A DNA stretch of 64,000 nt from Candidatus Multivoradales bacterium (GTDB lineage Bacteria > Acidobacteriota > Thermoanaerobaculia > Multivoradales > Multivoraceae). The position numbers and the translations under genes were made by a program. The stretch lies in assembly GCA_965223325.1 (NCBI GenBank), contig CBDCWI010000002.1, positions 2,560,001-2,624,000 of the forward strand, read 5' to 3'. The notes beneath the pieces were generated by a model that was not told the origin of the DNA, searched no databases, and saw nothing but the letters and a program-made list of their open reading frames with translations. The stretch's first letter is position 1; each line of letters begins with the position of its first letter. Shown here piece by piece: positions 57,734-64,000 of the stretch.

Positions 57734-59917
57734 GTGAAGCTGTCTGACTCTGCCAACGCTCGACTGCGCGACAACCGTTGGCTGTTCGGAGTCCTGACCG
57801 CGGCGCTCGTGTTCTTCACGGTCGCCTACTACCTGGTGCTGCGCTCGCGCGATCTCGATCCGGCTCTGGTCAACAACAAGATTCTGCTGTTCACGCTGCG
57901 CAACGTGAACACCGTCTTGGTGCTTACGATCCTTTTCGTTCTGCTGCGCAATCTGTTCAAGCTGTGGGTCGAACGGCGCAGTCGGCGGCTGGGCTCGCGC
58001 TTCAAGACCAAACTGGTCGCCACATTCATCGGCTTGACCCTGATTCCCGTCTTGCTGCTGTTTGCCTACGCCAGCGAGCTGATGCAGGGGTCGATGGACA
58101 GCTTGTTCAGAACTCCTACAGAGCAGCTCCTAGGGCCCGGCAACGACGTCGCTCAGGCAGTGACTTCCTTGATCCAGGATGCCAATCGCCGCGCCGCGCG
58201 CCGCACCCTGGGCAGCATTCGTGAAGTCGATCTCGAACGCGCCGAGACCCGGCCCGAGCTCGATCGTTCGCTGCAGCGCTTGTTGCGCAACGAGGAACGG
58301 CACCTCCTGGCCGTCTACGAAGACACCGAGTTCGTGCACGCGGTCGTCGACCCGCGAGCACCGGTCACCGATCTACCGGAGGCCCGTCGTGAGCTGTTGC
58401 TGACCTCTATTCGTGAGGGCGGTGCTTCGCGAATCGAGGAACTCCCAGGGCGTTCGGAGCGCCTCATTCTGTCGAGTGTCGCCGAACCGATCCGTGACGG
58501 GGCGTCGACCCTGGTGGTCGTCGCCGGCACGGTTCTCCCGGCGCAGCTCTCGAACAACACGGCGGAGCTGGTTGCGGCGTTCCAGAGCCGCCGCCAGCAG
58601 GAACTGCTCGAACCCGAGATCCGCACGACCTATCTGCTGCTCTTTCTTACGGTGACCCTGGTCATCTTGTTGACCTCGTCGTGGATGGGGCTCTACCTCG
58701 CTCGTCGCATCACGGTTCCGATTCAGGCGCTTTCAGAGGGAACCCGACGGGTGATGGGCGGCGATCTCGCCTACCGTGTCGAAGCACCAGCCGACGACGA
58801 GCTCGGAGTCCTGGTGGACTCCTTCAACCAGATGACCGCCGAGGTTGATCGCAACCGAGCACAGCTGGTCGAGTACAACCAGGAGCTGGCGGAAGAGCGC
58901 GCGCTGGTCGCAACGGTGCTCGAGAACGTCGCGGCAGGGGTCCTGTCGATCGACCCCGACGGCATCGTGCTGACCTGCAATCAAGCGGTCGTCGAGATGC
59001 TGGGCCTGCCCGAGGAGCGCATCGTCGACCGGCCACTGCGTGAGGTGTGGTCCGACCCAGAACGCGCCAACCTGTTGACGCTGTTCGATGAGGAACTGCG
59101 CCAGGAGGGGCGCGTGCGGCGCGAGATCAGCTTCACCCTCACCGGCGAAGCCAAGACGTTCGAGGCCACCAGCACCACGATGAAAGACGAAGACCAGAAC
59201 ATCATCGGCCATGTCGTAGTGCTCGAAGACCTTACCGACCTGATCGAGGCGCAGCGGCTCGCGACCTGGAACGAAGCCGCTCGCCGTATCGCCCACGAAA
59301 TCAAGAACCCGCTCACGCCGATCAAACTGTCGGCAGAGCGCCTGCTCAACAAGCAGCGCAAGAGCGACCCGCAGCTCGGTGAAGCGATCGAAGAGGCAGC
59401 GGCGATCATCGGCAAGGAGGTCGCCTCGATGAAGGCGATGGTCGACGAGTTCGCACGCTTTGCGCGCATGCCGCCGACCCAGATGCGCGAGACCGATCTC
59501 GAGGAACTGATCGAGAACACGGTCAGTCTCTATCGCGACATCAAACCCGGAGTCGAGATCAGCGCCCACACTGCCGGCAACGTCTCCGACGCGTCGTGCG
59601 ACCGCGAGCAGATGCGCAGTGCGCTGGTCAATCTGATCGACAACGCGGTCTCCGCAACCGACGCTCCGGGTACCATCGAGGTGAGCGCCGAGCGCGACAA
59701 CGGCCTGGTTCGCATTCAGGTGGCAGACTCGGGTCACGGTGTTCCGACGGGGGCCCGCGACAAGCTCTTCAGGCCCTACTTCTCGACCAAGGGTCGAGGC
59801 ACGGGGCTTGGCCTTGCGATCGTCAACCGCATCGTCGCTGACCATCAGGGAACCCTGAAGGTCGAGGACAACGACCCGCGTGGGGCCGTGTTCACGATTG
59901 AGATTCCGCAGACCTGA
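57734..59917 (+). CDS. ntrY: NtrY-like HAMP/PAS sensor histidine kinase
   Basis: GSRFKTKLV, HAMP (DDELGVLVDSFNQM), PAS, WNEAARRIAHEIKNPLTPIKLSAERL. Confidence 0.85.
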   Translation: MKLSDSANARLRDNRWLFGVLTAALVFFTVAYYLVLRSRDLDPALVNNKILLFTLRNVNTVLVLTILFVLLRNLFKLWVERRSRRLGSRFKTKLVATFIGLTLIPVLLLFAYASELMQGSMDSLFRTPTEQLLGPGNDVAQAVTSLIQDANRRAARRTLGSIREVDLERAETRPELDRSLQRLLRNEERHLLAVYEDTEFVHAVVDPRAPVTDLPEARRELLLTSIREGGASRIEELPGRSERLILSSVAEPIRDGASTLVVVAGTVLPAQLSNNTAELVAAFQSRRQQELLEPEIRTTYLLLFLTVTLVILLTSSWMGLYLARRITVPIQALSEGTRRVMGGDLAYRVEAPADDELGVLVDSFNQMTAEVDRNRAQLVEYNQELAEERALVATVLENVAAGVLSIDPDGIVLTCNQAVVEMLGLPEERIVDRPLREVWSDPERANLLTLFDEELRQEGRVRREISFTLTGEAKTFEATSTTMKDEDQNIIGHVVVLEDLTDLIEAQRLATWNEAARRIAHEIKNPLTPIKLSAERLLNKQRKSDPQLGEAIEEAAAIIGKEVASMKAMVDEFARFARMPPTQMRETDLEELIENTVSLYRDIKPGVEISAHTAGNVSDASCDREQMRSALVNLIDNAVSATDAPGTIEVSAERDNGLVRIQVADSGHGVPTGARDKLFRPYFSTKGRGTGLGLAIVNRIVADHQGTLKVEDNDPRGAVFTIEIPQT

Positions 59918-59937
59918 GCGAAGGGTCAACAGCCACG

Positions 59938-61317
59938 ATGCGAGAGAACATCCTCATCGTCGACGACGAGGAGGGCATTCGGGCGACGCTCGGCGGCATC
60001 CTCGAAGACGAGGGTTACCGTGTCCAGCTGGCCGAGAACGCCACCGTCGGCAAAGACGCGCTCGAGCGACAGTCGTTCGACCTGGCGATCTTCGACATCT
60101 GGCTGCCCGACCTCGACGGCCTCGATCTCCTGGCCGAGGTCATCGAGACGGGTTTCGATCGGCCGGTGATCATGATCTCTGGCCACGGCAACATCGACAT
60201 GGCGGTCAAAGCCATCCGCCTCGGCGCCTACGACTTTCTCGAGAAGCCGCTTTCGCTGTCACGCGTCGTGCTGACGGTTCAGAACGCGCTCGAGCGCGGG
60301 CAGATGGCGCGCAAGCTCGAGAGTCTCTCGGCACGTCTGGAAGAAGAAGAAGAGACGCTGATCGGCGAAAGCGAGTCGATGTCGGAGCTCAAGAAGCAGC
60401 TCGAGGTCGCAGCGCTCTCTGACAGCCGGATTCTGATTACCGGCGAGAACGGAACCGGCAAGGAGCTGGTAGCACGTCAGGTGCACGAGCTTTCGCCACG
60501 CAAGTCGAAGCCCTTCGTGGACGTCAACTGCGCAGCGATCCCCGAAGAACTGATCGAGAGCGAGCTGTTCGGTCATGTGCGCGGTGCCTTCACCGGCGCC
60601 ACTGACAACCGCGTCGGCCGCTTTCAGCAGGCTGACGGCGGCACGCTCTTCCTCGACGAGATCGGCGACATGTCTCTGAAGACCCAGGCCAAGGTGCTCC
60701 GAGTCCTGCAGGAGCAGCGCTTCGAGCCCGTCGGTTCGACCGTCACGCAACAGGTGGATGTGCGCGTCGTTGCGGCGACCAACAAAGACCTCGAAGCGGA
60801 GATCCAGGAGAATCGCTTCCGCGAAGACCTCTACTTCCGGCTAGCGGTCATTCCACTCCATGTGCCGCCGCTGCGCGAACGGCGCGAAGACATTGCGGTC
60901 CTCTTGCAACACTTCCTCGATCTGTTTGCCGCCGAGGTGCGCAGGCCGTCGAAGCGACCGTCGGCGCCGGCGCTCGAGCGCTTGTACGACTACGGTTGGC
61001 CAGGCAACGTTCGCGAGCTGCGCAACCTGGCCGAGCGACTCCTGATCATGAGCCCTGGCGAGACGATCGAAACAAGTGACCTACCAGTCGCGATTCGAGG
61101 CGATACTCCCACGGACCGCATTCGCCAGCTGAGTTCGCTCGACTTCGAGAGCCTGAAGGAAGCGCGCGACCACTTCGAGAAGTGGTTCGTGGAGCAGAAG
61201 CTGGAGCAGTGCGAGGGCAACGTGAGCCGTACCGCGGAGGCGTTGGGCATTGAACGCAGCAATCTCTATCGAAAGATGAAAACACTCGGAATCGAGTCGC
61301 CACGCACCAAAGAGTAG
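59938..61317 (+). CDS. ntrX: NtrX-like sigma-54 response regulator
   Basis: ILIVDDE, DIWLP, MISGHG, GENGTGKE, GAFTGA, HTH. Confidence 0.88.
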   Translation: MRENILIVDDEEGIRATLGGILEDEGYRVQLAENATVGKDALERQSFDLAIFDIWLPDLDGLDLLAEVIETGFDRPVIMISGHGNIDMAVKAIRLGAYDFLEKPLSLSRVVLTVQNALERGQMARKLESLSARLEEEEETLIGESESMSELKKQLEVAALSDSRILITGENGTGKELVARQVHELSPRKSKPFVDVNCAAIPEELIESELFGHVRGAFTGATDNRVGRFQQADGGTLFLDEIGDMSLKTQAKVLRVLQEQRFEPVGSTVTQQVDVRVVAATNKDLEAEIQENRFREDLYFRLAVIPLHVPPLRERREDIAVLLQHFLDLFAAEVRRPSKRPSAPALERLYDYGWPGNVRELRNLAERLLIMSPGETIETSDLPVAIRGDTPTDRIRQLSSLDFESLKEARDHFEKWFVEQKLEQCEGNVSRTAEALGIERSNLYRKMKTLGIESPRTKE

Positions 61318-61541
61318 CTCGCTCTCCATTCTTTGACGTTCTCCGGTTGTGCTGGTGTTTGTTTGAGATCTGGTGGTGGTGCCGCGGGTGAGAACACGCG
61401 GGCCGCGGCCGTCGAGAGAGCCCTGGATCGTCGCCCACGTGCCCTTGCCCGCTCTCGCACTTCAACAAACGCAATCGGCCCTTCGTTGCTTCCCGAGAGG
61501 TCACCTGGCTGGGTGGTCGACAGCGCTCGTAGGGCCATCCT

Positions 61542-64000
61542 CTACCCGCTCGCCTCCGCGAGGAGCTCGTCGACCTCGGCAAGCCAGTTGACGACGATGC
61601 GATGGCGGATCGGACGATGGGTGATGGCCATCAGAAGGTCGCCCCCCGGAATCGAGTCATAGGAGACATCCTGGCTTCGAACCATGTTCTCGGGCAACCG
61701 AAAGAGCCGCCTTGGCGCGGTAAAGGCTGGACGTTCTCGCGGATTGAAATCGGCGACCATCATGAACTCCCGCCGGGCGTCGAGAAAGTAGATCTTGTCT
61801 CCGGCGTGTGACCACTGTGGCTGTTCACCTCCGTTGGTCGAAACAGGAACCACCGCCATGTCGTCCGGCCAACGGGAAGCGTTGATCTGAATCGGGTCAC
61901 TGCTCTTCTCCCACACGATCCAGTCCCCGTCGGACGAGAAGCTGGACCAACGAAGACCGTGGGGTGGGAGGGGCAGGCGGCGGGGCGGTCGCTCGCCGGC
62001 CAGGTCGATCTGGTAGAGCTTGCCGTCAGAGGTCCCCTCGACCTCGAACCATGTGTTCACGATGAAGGTGTTTGAGGGAGCATGCGCAGCGTCGACGCGG
62101 CTCCAGCCCTCAAAGGCAGTGTCGCCGGGCAGAGTCACGACATGCTCTGCCACCAAACGAACCTCGAGGTCGAACTCTCGCAGCGGCCCACCCCAGGCGT
62201 CCGAGACGAAGAAGGTCGAAGAATCGAACCACGCCGCGTGATCGCCGGGTACGGCACGCGTTTCTCCAGCTCCTTCGAGTGAAACGACGCGAACCGCGCG
62301 CCCAGCCACCAGGAGGGCATGGCGACCGTCTGGCGAAACCGTGATCTCGACTGTGCTTCCGGCTGGTATGGGCCTGTCCAACCTGAGCTGACTCCGCATG
62401 CGACCCTGTGAATCGACCCGCCAGAGGCCGGATTCGGGTGTGGCTTCGAAGTAAATCAAGGTCCCGCTCTCCGAAACGTCGAAGTGCGGTCGCCCATGAA
62501 TGGAGTTGTATTGATAGGTGTGCACACCGGTCGGCACACCTGGCCCGACAAGAGTGCCGTCCCCATCCAGGGTGGTGGCCCAAAGCTCTCCCTGGCGTCT
62601 GAAGAAGAGTCGCTCGCCAACCCGCTTCGGGAAGCATGCGTCGTCGAGGACCTGTGACGCCCCTGTGCTCTCCAGGCGGTAGAGGGCTGCACCATCTGCA
62701 CGCGACTCGCACGCAAGAATCGTATCGCCGCCTAGCAACACCGCCCGATTCGGACTGACCTCGCAGGCAAGCGGCACATCGTCGCACCTGACGACGGTGC
62801 GCTCGTTGCCTCCCGACAGAACGCTCCACAACCGGCGCTCGCCATCGAAGTAGAGGGCCTCGCCACCGGCAAGGCTTGCCAGCTCCAACTCGCGACTCCC
62901 AGACCGTAGCCGCTGGACTGATCCACCCTCTGCCGGGACGACCTCGGACTTTCCCTGTCGCCAAAAGATCAATCGCTCACCGTCTGCTGTAAACCGTGGC
63001 CAGCTTCCACCTTCGGTACCTCTGAGCTCACGCCAATCGTTTTCGAACTGGTGGCGAATGTGAATCAGCCCACCACCTGCCACCGCCATGCGCCTGCCGT
63101 TTGGCGAGATCGCCACCGAGGGATGCCAAAGGGCCGAGCCAAAGTTGGGGCGGGGCGCATCCAACGCAGCGCGCAAAGGAGTCACCTGCGCAGGTCCCCT
63201 CCAACGCTCGCTATCGCGACTGCCCCAGAGGGCACCCAGTATGAGTCCGCCCAGGAGAAGACTCGCTCCGAGGGCCGAGGCGCGGCCGATGCCAAGGCCT
63301 GGCCGATCCGGAGGAGTCGCAGCAATGTGGTCATCATCCTCGAGGGCGAGGCGGAAATCGGCGGCGTGGTGCCAGCGCTTTTCGGGGTCCTTCCGGAAGC
63401 AGCGCTCGAGCGCTCGTTTCACCTGCAGGGGGACCTCACGGGGGAGTCGGGAGGTATCCGGATCCTCCCGAAGCACAGCCGCCAGGACATCAGACACTGT
63501 GTCTCCACGAAAGGCGGAGGCGCCCACGAGCATCTCGTAGAGAACACACCCAAGAGCCCACAGGTCTGAACGCTCGTCGGCCTCCTGACCGCGGGCCTGC
63601 TCGGGCGACATGTACAAAGCCGTGCCCATCAAGCTGCCTTCACGGCTGACCCTGGTCAGGGTCGGTGACCCAGACACGTCCTCCGCCTGCCCGTCCGAGT
63701 GAGGCGAGCTGAGCGACTTGGCGAGACCGAAGTCCAGAACCTTGACAACCGGATTGAGACCGCTCCGCAGCTGCACGTTGGCGGGTTTGAGATCGCGATG
63801 AATGATTCCAGAGCGATGGGCAGCCTGAAGAGCGTGAGCGACTTGACTAGCGATCGAAACAGCTTCATCAACCGAAACCGGGCCTCGCGCCAGGCGGTCT
63901 CCCAGGGTCTCGCCCTCGACAAACTCCATGACCAGAAACCGAACCCCGGATGCTTCCTCGAACCCGTGAACCTCTGCAATGTTCGGGTGAGTGACCGCTG
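61542..64000 (-). CDS. Ser/Thr protein kinase with TM segment and TolB/WD40-like beta-propeller (5' end outside window)
   Basis: Frame is open to the window edge (HPNIAEVHG..LVMEFVEG); HRDLKPAN, DFGLAK, YMSPEQARG; SPNGRR/SPDGRH propeller blades. Confidence 0.9.
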   Translation of the reverse strand, partial: AVTHPNIAEVHGFEEASGVRFLVMEFVEGETLGDRLARGPVSVDEAVSIASQVAHALQAAHRSGIIHRDLKPANVQLRSGLNPVVKVLDFGLAKSLSSPHSDGQAEDVSGSPTLTRVSREGSLMGTALYMSPEQARGQEADERSDLWALGCVLYEMLVGASAFRGDTVSDVLAAVLREDPDTSRLPREVPLQVKRALERCFRKDPEKRWHHAADFRLALEDDDHIAATPPDRPGLGIGRASALGASLLLGGLILGALWGSRDSERWRGPAQVTPLRAALDAPRPNFGSALWHPSVAISPNGRRMAVAGGGLIHIRHQFENDWRELRGTEGGSWPRFTADGERLIFWRQGKSEVVPAEGGSVQRLRSGSRELELASLAGGEALYFDGERRLWSVLSGGNERTVVRCDDVPLACEVSPNRAVLLGGDTILACESRADGAALYRLESTGASQVLDDACFPKRVGERLFFRRQGELWATTLDGDGTLVGPGVPTGVHTYQYNSIHGRPHFDVSESGTLIYFEATPESGLWRVDSQGRMRSQLRLDRPIPAGSTVEITVSPDGRHALLVAGRAVRVVSLEGAGETRAVPGDHAAWFDSSTFFVSDAWGGPLREFDLEVRLVAEHVVTLPGDTAFEGWSRVDAAHAPSNTFIVNTWFEVEGTSDGKLYQIDLAGERPPRRLPLPPHGLRWSSFSSDGDWIVWEKSSDPIQINASRWPDDMAVVPVSTNGGEQPQWSHAGDKIYFLDARREFMMVADFNPRERPAFTAPRRLFRLPENMVRSQDVSYDSIPGGDLLMAITHRPIRHRIVVNWLAEVDELLAEASG

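Overview
GC-rich bacterial chromosome segment. Gene content and protein style (many sigma-54 activators, Ser/Thr kinases with beta-propellers, lpxC-DUF4390-NtrY/NtrX) suggest Acidobacteriota; this is inference, not a database result. Housekeeping core: rplU-rpmA-obgE-nadD-rsfS, queA, larE/larB, gcvT/gcvH, M16 peptidase pair, pcm, nagB, uvrA, smpB, lpxC and tRNA-Ala(CGC). Accessory or notable parts: (1) an ECF sigma/anti-sigma/PDZ/serine-hydrolase cluster; (2) an 11.2-kb gene for a 3.7k-aa secreted repeat protein ending in a C25 (gingipain/PorU-like) peptidase, next to an autotransporter relic; (3) an integrase-free islet at tRNA-Ala carrying an AbiE type IV TA, bounded by a 32-bp repeat that lies mostly downstream of the tRNA; (4) a sigma-54 promoter with palindromic enhancer-like sites upstream of an unannotated 56-aa membrane protein and an RsbW/V/U module; (5) a DnaA-box cluster with no dnaA in the window; (6) a sensor-less sigma-54 activator with degenerate Walker motifs at the end of the rplU-obgE gene run. 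Two small ORFs missing from the ORF track were found by hand translation. No CRISPR array or rRNA was seen.
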